IMG/VR virus record: IMGVR_UViG_3300031658_000011
Coordinates: 1 to 50,222 of that record
Strand: one strand, 5' to 3'
Source: a virus
Taxonomy: Duplodnaviria; Caudoviricetes
Length of the DNA stretch: 50,222 nt
In this document: positions 1-8,114 of the stretch, piece by piece
How the letters are laid out: each line of letters starts with the position of its first letter
Numbering within the stretch: position 1 is the stretch's first letter
Program-made: the position numbers and the translations under genes
Notes under the pieces: generated by a model
Database searches by the model: none
Told to the model about the DNA's origin: nothing
What the model saw: only the letters and a program-made list of their open reading frames with translations

Positions 1-1
1 C

Positions 2-790
2 GACGGCGAGTCAGGTGATGATGACGGCGACGACGGCGACGGCCAGCACCTCGAGCCTAAATACTCAGGCGCTGATCAGGCTACCCAGCAGGCTGAAGAC
101 GAGGCGCGGATAGAGCGCGCAGTCGATCGAGCGATCGAGGTGCAGGAGGTTGCAGTCAAGCAGCGTGAGGTGCGCGAAGACCAGCAGCCGACTGCGGGCC
201 TGCGCGGCGCTGGCAGAGTAGAAGCGCAGGCGTCCAAAGCCGACTGGCGCTCAGAGCTGGCCGAGGATTTCTACTGCGCGGGCCGCAATGGCACGGCCGA
301 CCCAGCGCGCATCCACAGCCGTCGGTTCAGCCTGCTGGGGGTTGTCAGCCCAGCGACGCGCGGTACTCTTAACTCCTTAGTATTAACGATCGATATTTCT
401 TGGTCGGTCAATCGAGATCGCCTCGTGGCGTTCATCGTGGAATGCGCAGCGGCGATCGACGTCCTACAGCCAGCCGATGGCGTCACGGTCGTCTGGTGCA
501 ACCACAAGGTCAAGCAAGTTGATACGGTCTTTAGCGGCGGCGAGCTGCTGGACCTCGAGATCCCCGGAGGCGGCGGCACTGACCTGACCGAGTCAGTCAA
601 ATGGCTCGAGGCCAACGGCATCGAGGCCGACATCCACCTATGCTTCACCGACGGCGAATACTCCAACGAGGACTGGGCCGAGCTGGGCAAGGCTGGCGTC
701 ATCACCGTAATGGATCGTCCGCTCGATAGCTACACTCAGCGGATCGTCGCGCAGACAGGCCAGCGAGTGATCGTGGCGGTGGACGCATGA
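2..790 (+). CDS. VWA-domain protein (DUF2201-like), 5'-truncated
   Basis: Frame is open from base 2 (acidic DGESGDDDGDD linker); MIDAS-like motifs IDISWS, GGGGTDL, CFTDGE. Confidence 0.8.
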   Translation, partial: DGESGDDDGDDGDGQHLEPKYSGADQATQQAEDEARIERAVDRAIEVQEVAVKQREVREDQQPTAGLRGAGRVEAQASKADWRSELAEDFYCAGRNGTADPARIHSRRFSLLGVVSPATRGTLNSLVLTIDISWSVNRDRLVAFIVECAAAIDVLQPADGVTVVWCNHKVKQVDTVFSGGELLDLEIPGGGGTDLTESVKWLEANGIEADIHLCFTDGEYSNEDWAELGKAGVITVMDRPLDSYTQRIVAQTGQRVIVAVDA

Positions 791-1296
791 GCCGCCGCGA
801 CGCCGACGTCGTCTACTGGTGCGCACCCGCGCACCCGAGGCCGCTGACGCGCGCACAGACGTCTGGCTGGGCCTCTGCCATGTCTGCACTCAACTACCGC
901 CAAGACGGCGACACCGCGCTCTGGCGCGCCCAGAGAGGGCGCTACAAGACCGCGCGGAAGATCACCATGCACCGCGTTGACATCGAGCTGGCCGAGCTGG
1001 CCGCAGGCGCGCTGGCGCGCTCACCGAGCAGCGCGCGGGCTGGATCGACCGCACTTGAAACCCTGCGGCGCGCCTGTCGCGCGACCGCCGCGCACGAGGT
1101 CCGGCACGTCGATCCTGACCAGCTCCACAAGCAAGCTGGGCTGGCGCGCATAGCCGCGTGGTCCAGCTACATATCAGTGTTCAACCGCCGCATCGCCGCC
1201 GAGTTCGATCGGACTGAGGCGGCAGCCAACACGCCGATGCGGCGGGCAGGAAAAATAATCACCACTACTGTTAATCAACTAGGAGCAAGACTATGA
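787..1296 (+). CDS. Hypothetical protein
   Basis: ATGA overlap with the upstream stop; 169-aa ORF with the same GC-rich codon style. Confidence 0.6.
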   Translation: MSRRDADVVYWCAPAHPRPLTRAQTSGWASAMSALNYRQDGDTALWRAQRGRYKTARKITMHRVDIELAELAAGALARSPSSARAGSTALETLRRACRATAAHEVRHVDPDQLHKQAGLARIAAWSSYISVFNRRIAAEFDRTEAAANTPMRRAGKIITTTVNQLGARL

Positions 1297-1436
1297 AAGC
1301 TAAATATAACCGACCTGATCGACCCTGCACGAACAAGCGCGATAAGCAGACCAAGCGAATGCATCAGCGCACTGCAATGAATGGGTGCGACATGCACCGT
1401 TACCTAGAACCAATGCGTAAAGGGAGTATGAAATGA
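1293..1436 (+). CDS. Small basic hypothetical protein, 47 aa (MKAKYNRPDRPC...), not in ORF track
   Basis: SD AGGAG at 1281-1285; ATGA overlaps at both ends. Confidence 0.5.
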   Translation: MKAKYNRPDRPCTNKRDKQTKRMHQRTAMNGCDMHRYLEPMRKGSMK

Positions 1437-1516
1437 GCAACAACGACCTGACAGGGCTGCTGGTATTAGCAGTCTACCTAACACCCATTTATCTACTGAT
1501 AGGAGCGTGGATGTGA
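1433..1516 (+). CDS. 27-aa hydrophobic, single-TM-like peptide (MSNNDLTGLLVLAVYLTPIYLLIGAWM)
   Basis: SD GGGAG upstream; ATGA and GTGA overlaps couple it to both neighbours. Confidence 0.5.
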   Translation: MSNNDLTGLLVLAVYLTPIYLLIGAWM

Positions 1517-1668
1517 TCTTTGATTACAACAAGTCCAAGCAGCGAAAAAACCGACACTGTCGGGCCGCCAAGAAAGCCAACGATCGGCGGCGCGAACGCT
1601 CACAGAGACAACGTAAATGGCAGGCCGCTGCCCTTCACAAGCTAACAATAGGAGTAACACATGACTAA
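1513..1668 (+). CDS. 51-aa Arg-rich peptide with a lambda-N-like ARM segment
   Basis: SD AGGAG 1501-1505, GTG start overlapping upstream TGA; contains ANDRRRERSQRQRKWQAAA. Confidence 0.55.
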   Translation: MIFDYNKSKQRKNRHCRAAKKANDRRRERSQRQRKWQAAALHKLTIGVTHD

Positions 1669-1858
1669 AAAACAAATGCTTGACGTCCTCGATGCCGTCG
1701 CCCAGTTAAAGAGCGAAGGCTACGCCGTGGTAGTTTTCTGCCCCGGCGAACTGGAGGGCGCGACACCCAAGAAACTGGAAGCATCGCTGGTGAAATTCGG
1801 AAGGATCGTGATCTCGGATTTGATTGACGGACCGGAGGAAGGAATCCAGTATCACTGA
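1661..1858 (+). CDS. Hypothetical protein
   Basis: SD AGGAG, ATG start, 65 aa. Confidence 0.7.
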   Translation: MTKKQMLDVLDAVAQLKSEGYAVVVFCPGELEGATPKKLEASLVKFGRIVISDLIDGPEEGIQYH

Positions 1859-1936
1859 CCAGTTAGCAGCAACAATATACTGCGGCCCCCTAACGACCGG
1901 GCCGCATAAATTTTAAAAATATTTTGAGGAACAACG

Positions 1937-2236
1937 ATGAAGAGACATCCCGTTAAAGCAATAACCCCGGATACCATCAGCCGAATGGTTGCCGCTGGCA
2001 AAAAGGCCAAACGCGCTGACGGCAACGGCCTGTACCTAATAGTACAAGCCAACGGCCGCAAGGCGTGGTACTGGCGCGCGATAGTTGCGGGCCGCCGCAA
2101 GTATGTGGGCTGCGGAGGCGACCGCGTTTCGCTTGAGGAGGCGCGCGCTGCGGCGGCAGAGCTGTCCCAAGACCTTAGACAGTGGAGAAGGAAGGAACTA
2201 CTGGATAGGCGGCGAGGCGAGTTGTTTCCTAGCTAA
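1937..2236 (+). CDS. Stand-alone integrase arm-type DNA-binding domain protein (DUF4102/Arm-DNA-bind-like)
   Basis: DGNGLYLIV..NGRKAW.WR....GRRK..G.G...VSLEEAR motif typical of P4-like integrase N-termini; SD GAGGA; no catalytic domain follows. Confidence 0.8.
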   Translation: MKRHPVKAITPDTISRMVAAGKKAKRADGNGLYLIVQANGRKAWYWRAIVAGRRKYVGCGGDRVSLEEARAAAAELSQDLRQWRRKELLDRRRGELFPS

Positions 2237-2293
2237 CCGCCCTGCCCCACTAGGGTGAGCCGAATGACATAGGTTATTCGGCTCAGTATACTC

Positions 2294-2320
2294 AGCCCGC
2301 CATCGTGCGGGCTTTTTTTT
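2294..2320 (+). terminator. Rho-independent terminator
   Basis: AGCCCGC-CATCGT-GCGGGCT stem followed by a T run. Confidence 0.85.
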
Positions 2321-2545
2321 GCGCCTGTCAACCCCCTAAGTGGGCAAAAACCGATTCGTTTTTGCCCGCCTAAAAAACCTAGCTCCTGACCAGTTAAGAG
2401 CAACGCTACACGAAGTCAAAAACGAAAACTAACCGGAAAAGGGTTCCAAGGGTTCCAAATTGAAAAAAACGAGGCTCTGTATTGACGTCTAAGCGATTTG
2501 CCGAGGCCACCCCTACCACTGACACCCCTGATTTTGGGGGCAAAA

Positions 2546-2977
2546 CTATTTGCGGGCCAGCCGATACTCAGCTTCCGACAACAACTCCATGCAACGCGCA
2601 ACCCGCCCATCGTGAGCAGCGCGGCTCTTCCTAAACGTATGGCGCGTTACTCCTAACAGCCTAGACACAGTCCGCTCGCCAAACACGTCGCCGTAAAAAC
2701 TGGCCGTCGTGGATAGCAGCGCGACTGACGCCTGCCGCTCGGACCCGCCGACCCACTCGGTCAGGCGCGACAGCTCACCGCGCGACAGCTCCCCGAGTAC
2801 CAGCAGCCGAGCGAACTCAGCGACGGGTCGCGGGTCATCAGGAGCGGCCAAGCTGGCGGCGACGTCCTGCCACCCGCTCTGAAGTCCTGCCGCGCGCCCT
2901 GAAGTCCTGCCGCCCGAGTCAGAGAATGCGGTGCTGCTCCGACACCCGAGCAACGCGATCCGCTCGAGGGCGCTCAC
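2546..2977 (-). CDS. Hypothetical protein
   Basis: GTGA overlap with the upstream gene; 143 aa; last gene of the leftward operon. Confidence 0.55.
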   Translation of the reverse strand: MSALERIALLGCRSSTAFSDSGGRTSGRAAGLQSGWQDVAASLAAPDDPRPVAEFARLLVLGELSRGELSRLTEWVGGSERQASVALLSTTASFYGDVFGERTVSRLLGVTRHTFRKSRAAHDGRVARCMELLSEAEYRLARK

Positions 2978-3384
2978 CCTTTTAGTCCTGCCGCGCGTCC
3001 CGTCTTAGACAGATGCTGGCCCGCGTCAACCCACCCAGTTGGGGTCGAGAAACCCCACCGCCGTTTGACGGGGCCAGTGATAAATACAGTCCAAACCGGG
3101 CTGTGATATACGTCAAGCCGATGAAGCAGCTTGGCTCTGCGATACACAGGCCAAAGCCACGGTATCCTGCGATCAAAGCACCGACCACTTTTAGCCCTTA
3201 ACTCCTCCCACAAGCAACCCCTAAGCAAGAAACTTACCGACCACCACGGATGGTCGTGTAGGATAGCGTCGTCTGAGTTGTGAAATCTGTGCAAGTAGAT
3301 GTTGCAATATTTATTCCGAGGGATGAGATGCCATCGCGTCATGTAATCATCTCGGATCACCACTTTCTTAAAAAACTTTCTCAT
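2974..3384 (-). CDS. Cupin-like phage protein (HDHPW family)
   Basis: YLHRF..SD...LHDHPW...S..L.G...E and a downstream HR, a cupin-type metal-binding pattern. Confidence 0.7.
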   Translation of the reverse strand: MRKFFKKVVIRDDYMTRWHLIPRNKYCNIYLHRFHNSDDAILHDHPWWSVSFLLRGCLWEELRAKSGRCFDRRIPWLWPVYRRAKLLHRLDVYHSPVWTVFITGPVKRRWGFSTPTGWVDAGQHLSKTGRAAGLKG

Positions 3385-3902
3385 CGTACCCCCAACAGTT
3401 TGCGGGCTGTAAATTCAAGTTGCTCTATTGATGAGTCGTTATGAATAACAGGCTCACCTTCTCGCGGGATAATCCCACCCTCGCTGGTGTGCGCAGCAAC
3501 AGTAGGCGCGGCCCGACGGCGAACGTGCCATAGCTCACCTTTCGCTCTGACCCACGCCGCCTCGTTCTCGAACCGGACGTCAGGAATAATTACAAACGTG
3601 TACCGCTCTGAGAATTTGCTTGCAAGGATCAGCCATGTGTCTTGGTGGACAATGTCACGCGCCCACTCAGTGCCAAGCGTTTGCAGCAACTCGCGTGGAC
3701 TCTTGCCGAGCGGCTCGAGAACCACTTCTTTTAAATGGCCGTTGAGATGATCCTCGCTGAGACCGAACCCCGCCGCCAACATTCTTTTAAGGGGGTCGGC
3801 AAAACCGTAGCGCGTGTATCCGTGGTCGCGCACAAGGTGAGCGGCGATCGTGTCCTTGCCCGTTCGCGCTGGCCCAGCCAGCCCTATAATTTTGACGGTC
3901 AC
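3381..3902 (-). CDS. Deoxynucleoside monophosphate kinase
   Basis: P-loop GPARTGKDT, FADPLK, PRELLQTLGTEW.R, DVRFENE, H.SE motifs. Confidence 0.92.
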   Translation of the reverse strand: MTVKIIGLAGPARTGKDTIAAHLVRDHGYTRYGFADPLKRMLAAGFGLSEDHLNGHLKEVVLEPLGKSPRELLQTLGTEWARDIVHQDTWLILASKFSERYTFVIIPDVRFENEAAWVRAKGELWHVRRRAAPTVAAHTSEGGIIPREGEPVIHNDSSIEQLEFTARKLLGVR

Positions 3903-6472
3903 TTGAACTCACCTCCAACCGTTGCGTCAAGCGCAACACGCACAGCCTCTACGTTGCCCGCGTAATTTTTTAACCCACTCTTGGTTGGGTTTATATACAC
4001 CGTAAAGACACGACCCCGCCACTTCAGCTTTCCCTGAGCGTTGGAGTTAAGCTTCTCGTAGCCAAAATTGCGAAGCAACATGGCGATTCGCGCTGGGCGA
4101 ACAGTAGTAGAGAACTCACTCCGAAGACGCTGTGTTATGGCGCTTGTAGTGACCACCCCACCCTCCCCGTTGCATCCTTCAAAAACATCTCCCAGCACTT
4201 CAACGAGTGCGGACTCGTCCTGCGGCAATGTATTGCCGCGCATGACGTGTTTAAATTCTGAGTCGGGCGCGTGGCCGAAGGGTTGAAAGGTGTGTGGAAT
4301 CTTGACGTTCTCTAAGTACCAGCGCAGTGCAGGGGCGTGATCGCTGTAGGCTTTAAACACACCGGAAAAAAGACCGGGGCAACGCTCGACCATTGCGGCA
4401 ACGTCGGACTCGTTTCGAGGTGTCGTGAACGTGACAAAATATCTGCGGTCTCCGCTCTCAAGCGGGATGGCATCCTCGTGATTAGTTAACATTAAGTAGT
4501 TTGTGTAATTTGGTACTTCAAACGGGTCGCGGCCTTTTCGATGTATCGGCACTCGGTTGTTAGTAATGTACGGCTTCATTGCATTTATGATCGAGTGCGC
4601 TGTGCCTCGCTCTCCGGGCAACCGAATTTCCTCGATGATTTTTAGCGAGGAACCCTCTGCCCACGAGGTGAAGCCAGTAGATAAAACGTGCGCGTCAACT
4701 GAGCTGGCATTCGGCGCTCCAAGGCAGGCCCGCATAATCTCAGACAGCATCGTTTTACCCGCGCCCTGCGGACCTTGGATAATAGGACACCAGTTGATGT
4801 GTACTCCTTCATTTTGAATGATCCAAGCCATCCAGTAGAAGAATATCTTGCGCTCCCTACGAGGGAGAAGCAGGGTCAGCAACCGCAAAAAGCTGCCAAC
4901 CGCGCGGTAGTCTGCGTCAAGCCAAGCCTCTGGAGGGCAGCCCTTTGGAACTGTCTCGGCGGACCACTCGTTTGCATATGTTATTCCTGTGCTGTCATCA
5001 GTAAAGACAGGGGGACGCCCCGGTGCATACATTCTTTGGCCTACTATTTTTATAGGCTTCTCGCAAAGCGACAACGCCCACACGTCGGCAGGGGCCATCA
5101 GCACACCGTCAGGGCCAGTCATCTTTCGGTTAAACTCAGCCTGAAAACCCCGTGAAGAACATCGGCGCTTGCTCTTCAGCTCCATGAACTCGTCGCCGTT
5201 CTGGAGATACACCCAACCAGCGGGCCAGCTATCCTCAAGGTCAGCGGCCACACCCTTATTGGGCGGCGTGTTCTTAGTTAACCTCTTAGGATTAAGCCAC
5301 TCTCGCACTTCGCCGATCGGGTGAGGCTTAACCGTCCTGCCAGTAGACGTCACCGCCATTTCCTGCAACCTCGCCTGAATGGCTTGCGCGAGCAAGTTCC
5401 GGTCGTAGTCTCCGAGGGCTATCTCCTCACAAATCTCTACGGTGTACTGGTCCCGCAGCTCACCCTCGTCTGCGCACCGCGCGATCTTCCGCGACCACAG
5501 TTTTCTGATCTCCTGCCGCGCGGCAGTGCGCTCTTTCTTTCCGAGGTTCTTGCACACCGACCGGATCGTGATGGGCGGTCGGTCCGAGAGCTGTGAGTTA
5601 AAAGACGTGTACTCTTTTTCGCAGATGCCTTCGACGTACTTGTCGCCCGAGCCGATGCTCCACTCATCCCAAATCTCTAAGCCCTCATCCTCACCCCCAT
5701 ACTGATGGTGCAGTCCCATGCCTACTCGCAGCCACTCCTCTCGGGAGCAGCTTGGATCAAGGCCAGCCAACTCTTCGGTGATCTGCTCGCGCGTAACGTC
5801 GTGCAAAACAGGGCGAAAGTTTTTCAGCGCACCGTCGAGATCGTCAACGGGCGCGGCCAATACGCTAGTTGCAGGCACTGTTAGGTAGGCAGTGAGGTCT
5901 AAGAAATCCGCGTCGATAACATGCACTTGGGGTGTCAAGTCGTCAAAAATCAGGGGTAGCATCTGGGCTTGGCAAGGGTTGTATGAGCAACTGTCGGCAG
6001 AGATGTCGTGCATACGCAAAAATTCAGGGGCTGCGATCTTGAACTGTTCGACCGTCAGCTCGACGTTGAGAGGCAGCGTGACCCGCCAACGCCTCGCCCC
6101 GCCAACGCTGTTTGCCGTCTGGAAATAGACGCAGGCCCACGACGCATATTTCTGCGCGAGGTCGTGGTGGGATTGATCGTTTTCGTCGAGGTCTAGTATT
6201 AACTGGTCAACACCAGTGACAAACTCTAGCTTGCGCCGCGTTCCTTGCGTCTTGCCCGCTATTATATAGTGGCACTTGACCTTGAGAATATCCCGCTGCT
6301 TTTTTGGCAGCTCATGCCACGAGGACAGGCTGCCGAGGGAGGGGTCCAGCTTACTGACGTGCGTTGCACCACCTCGGATAAAGTCTCCAAAGTCTGCGAT
6401 GGTGTTTAAGTTAATGCGCTTGAGGTTGTTCGCGTTAGATGCGCCCGTACCATACGTTACATTGATTGTCAT
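3899..6472 (-). CDS. Primase-helicase (primase/polymerase N-terminus, PriCT-2, SF3/DUF5906-type helicase)
   Basis: LDLD..., RWRVTLPL; PriCT-2 W..VGMGLH...W.EWS..GDKY; Walker A GPQGAGKT, Walker B IIEE, TNH.DAI....DRR. Confidence 0.9.
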   Translation of the reverse strand: MTINVTYGTGASNANNLKRINLNTIADFGDFIRGGATHVSKLDPSLGSLSSWHELPKKQRDILKVKCHYIIAGKTQGTRRKLEFVTGVDQLILDLDENDQSHHDLAQKYASWACVYFQTANSVGGARRWRVTLPLNVELTVEQFKIAAPEFLRMHDISADSCSYNPCQAQMLPLIFDDLTPQVHVIDADFLDLTAYLTVPATSVLAAPVDDLDGALKNFRPVLHDVTREQITEELAGLDPSCSREEWLRVGMGLHHQYGGEDEGLEIWDEWSIGSGDKYVEGICEKEYTSFNSQLSDRPPITIRSVCKNLGKKERTAARQEIRKLWSRKIARCADEGELRDQYTVEICEEIALGDYDRNLLAQAIQARLQEMAVTSTGRTVKPHPIGEVREWLNPKRLTKNTPPNKGVAADLEDSWPAGWVYLQNGDEFMELKSKRRCSSRGFQAEFNRKMTGPDGVLMAPADVWALSLCEKPIKIVGQRMYAPGRPPVFTDDSTGITYANEWSAETVPKGCPPEAWLDADYRAVGSFLRLLTLLLPRRERKIFFYWMAWIIQNEGVHINWCPIIQGPQGAGKTMLSEIMRACLGAPNASSVDAHVLSTGFTSWAEGSSLKIIEEIRLPGERGTAHSIINAMKPYITNNRVPIHRKGRDPFEVPNYTNYLMLTNHEDAIPLESGDRRYFVTFTTPRNESDVAAMVERCPGLFSGVFKAYSDHAPALRWYLENVKIPHTFQPFGHAPDSEFKHVMRGNTLPQDESALVEVLGDVFEGCNGEGGVVTTSAITQRLRSEFSTTVRPARIAMLLRNFGYEKLNSNAQGKLKWRGRVFTVYINPTKSGLKNYAGNVEAVRVALDATVGGEFK

Positions 6473-6539
6473 TTACCCTGCCCTTCTAATTGATTTTTTA
6501 CCGTGCCTTAACGGTCGGAGTACAAATAAGAGGGGCAGG

Positions 6540-6797
6540 CTACTGAGACCGGAAAACATCCGGGCGCAGTTGATGCTCAGTGACTTCGTTGTCGAGCGCA
6601 TTGCACACTTGCACGACTCGTTGAGCCGGGACTGCGCCCTTAACCATCCACGACTGAACGGCTTGGGGTGTGACGTCGCAACGTCTCGCCAACTCTGACA
6701 GGTTCCCGTCGAGGATGCGTAAGAGTGCGGCTTGAAGGGCGCGGTCGGCTGATTTGAGTTGGGCTTTGGTCATACTGTGGGATCGAGAACTGGACAT
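6540..6797 (-). CDS. cro: Cro/YdaS-like HTH regulator (start uncertain: 6797 or 6773)
   Basis: NLSELARRCDVTPQAVQSW HTH and C-terminal LRPDVF signature; divergent from the repressor. Confidence 0.85.
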   Translation of the reverse strand: MSSSRSHSMTKAQLKSADRALQAALLRILDGNLSELARRCDVTPQAVQSWMVKGAVPAQRVVQVCNALDNEVTEHQLRPDVFRSQ

Positions 6798-7079
6798 ATA
6801 TAAGGTGGCCTTAGACAAGTAAGAGGTGAAAACACACATAAAGTGTAAATCCGTGTAACTTGTAGCAAGTGTAACTGCAACTTGTAATCAACACAACCGC
6901 GCTTCACAACTTTACCCCGAGTAATGCGTGTTGCTTACAACCTACGCTTGCATTTAACCTCGGTGTGACGTAGAGTGACGGTTCGCAGACTTTCTCTGCG
7001 AAACTTTGCCAAGCCGATGGGCAAAGTACACTCTGCGCAAATGGCGACACGGATTAAACGCCCCCCGCACACGAAGGTT
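6798..7079. promoter_or_regulatory. Divergent cro/cI control region with GTGTAA repeats (candidate operators)
   Basis: AAGTGTAA at 6841 and 6867, GTGTAACTTGT at 6853. Confidence 0.6.
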
Positions 7080-7949
7080 ATGACCATGACCAAAACTGTC
7101 CACAGCGGCTTTGCCGCGAGAGCTTCTAACGAAGCCAAAAATCTAGGCTTAACACAGACCGAAATTTCTAAAGAGTGCGGGGTTACGCCCCAGAGCGTTC
7201 AACGCTGGTTTAGTGGCGACTCGCTTCCGAGGCCACACCACCTCCCAGTGCTTGCTAAAATGTTGCAGTGTAGCGTTGGCTTTCTCATCAGCGACACGCC
7301 AGAACTAGCTTCAGGGGGGTTCTCGATCCCGACGCCCCTGCGCGAAGAAAGCCCGCTCAAAGAAATTAACGCGCTACGAAGGTCTACAGAAGAACTAAGT
7401 ACCATAGCTTCTAAACACCAGATTGCACTGGCCGCCGCGTCAGAGGTGTGCGGGCGGACTTTGCTCGAGCAGTTAGGCTGGCATGGGTATTTTCAGGCTG
7501 GGGATATTCAGCCGACAGGTTCTCCGTATTTAGTGTCACGCGACGGCCATGAATATTCAGTCGAGTTGCGCATGCACCCGCCGTCAGTCGCCGATACTGC
7601 TAGGATGTCAAGAGCAACAACCGCACAGAACTCACGCGGGATTACTGCATACGCTTGGTACTCAGAGCGCGTTAAATCTCTACGTTTTTTTATAGCGCCC
7701 GACCGGCTTTTCCTTACGAGACAAGGGGTTGAAATATTAAAAATGGTAGGCGTACTTCAAAGTAAAATTCGGGCTGGGATACTTGACCTTAGCGTAGGCG
7801 ACGCTTCGATGTCCGAAGGCGAATACTTGGATGTCTTGTTCGGTGAACAAGACAGGGTTTATCAAAAGGTGTTTGAGTGGGTCGATCTTTTTGAGCTGGA
7901 AGAGGCCGTCGAGGCCACAAAGCATTGGGATTTGATCCGCAGTAAATAG
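7080..7949 (+). CDS. cI: CI-like XRE-family repressor with a non-S24 C-terminal domain
   Basis: LTQTEISKECGVTPQSVQRW HTH; divergent from cro; start chosen after SD-like GAAGG. Confidence 0.8.
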   Translation: MTMTKTVHSGFAARASNEAKNLGLTQTEISKECGVTPQSVQRWFSGDSLPRPHHLPVLAKMLQCSVGFLISDTPELASGGFSIPTPLREESPLKEINALRRSTEELSTIASKHQIALAAASEVCGRTLLEQLGWHGYFQAGDIQPTGSPYLVSRDGHEYSVELRMHPPSVADTARMSRATTAQNSRGITAYAWYSERVKSLRFFIAPDRLFLTRQGVEILKMVGVLQSKIRAGILDLSVGDASMSEGEYLDVLFGEQDRVYQKVFEWVDLFELEEAVEATKHWDLIRSK

Positions 7950-7962
7950 CTTCACGGATGCA

Positions 7963-7999
7963 GCCCACGCTTGTTTTACACGGGCGTGGGTATTTTTTT
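7963..7999 (+). terminator. Rho-independent terminator after the repressor gene
   Basis: GCCCACGCTT/GGGCGTGGGT stem plus T7. Confidence 0.7.
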
Positions 8000-8020
8000 A
8001 CATTCAATTACACTTTCTAG

Positions 8021-8049
8021 TTGACAAGTTACACTTACAAGTCTAATAT
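8021..8049 (+). promoter_or_regulatory. Sigma70-type promoter of the replication operon
   Basis: TTGACA-17 bp-TAATAT; overlapped and flanked by TTACACTT repeats. Confidence 0.8.
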
Positions 8050-8114
8050 CAACTCAGTTGTAACGCAGTACCGAAAAAAACCTATTACACTTTTAACGAC
8101 TGAGAGCTGAAACC

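Larger units (their letters stand above)
1855..2411 (+). repeat. Imperfect 26-bp direct repeat (1855-1880 and 2386-2411)
   Basis: CTGACCAGTTAGCAGCAACAATATAC vs CTGACCAGTTAAGAGCAACGCTACAC, 21/26 identical. Confidence 0.7.

Noticed and set aside
6540-6797. YdaS/YdaT toxin-antitoxin pair
   Set aside because: No YdaT/CII-like partner; the context is a cro/cI switch
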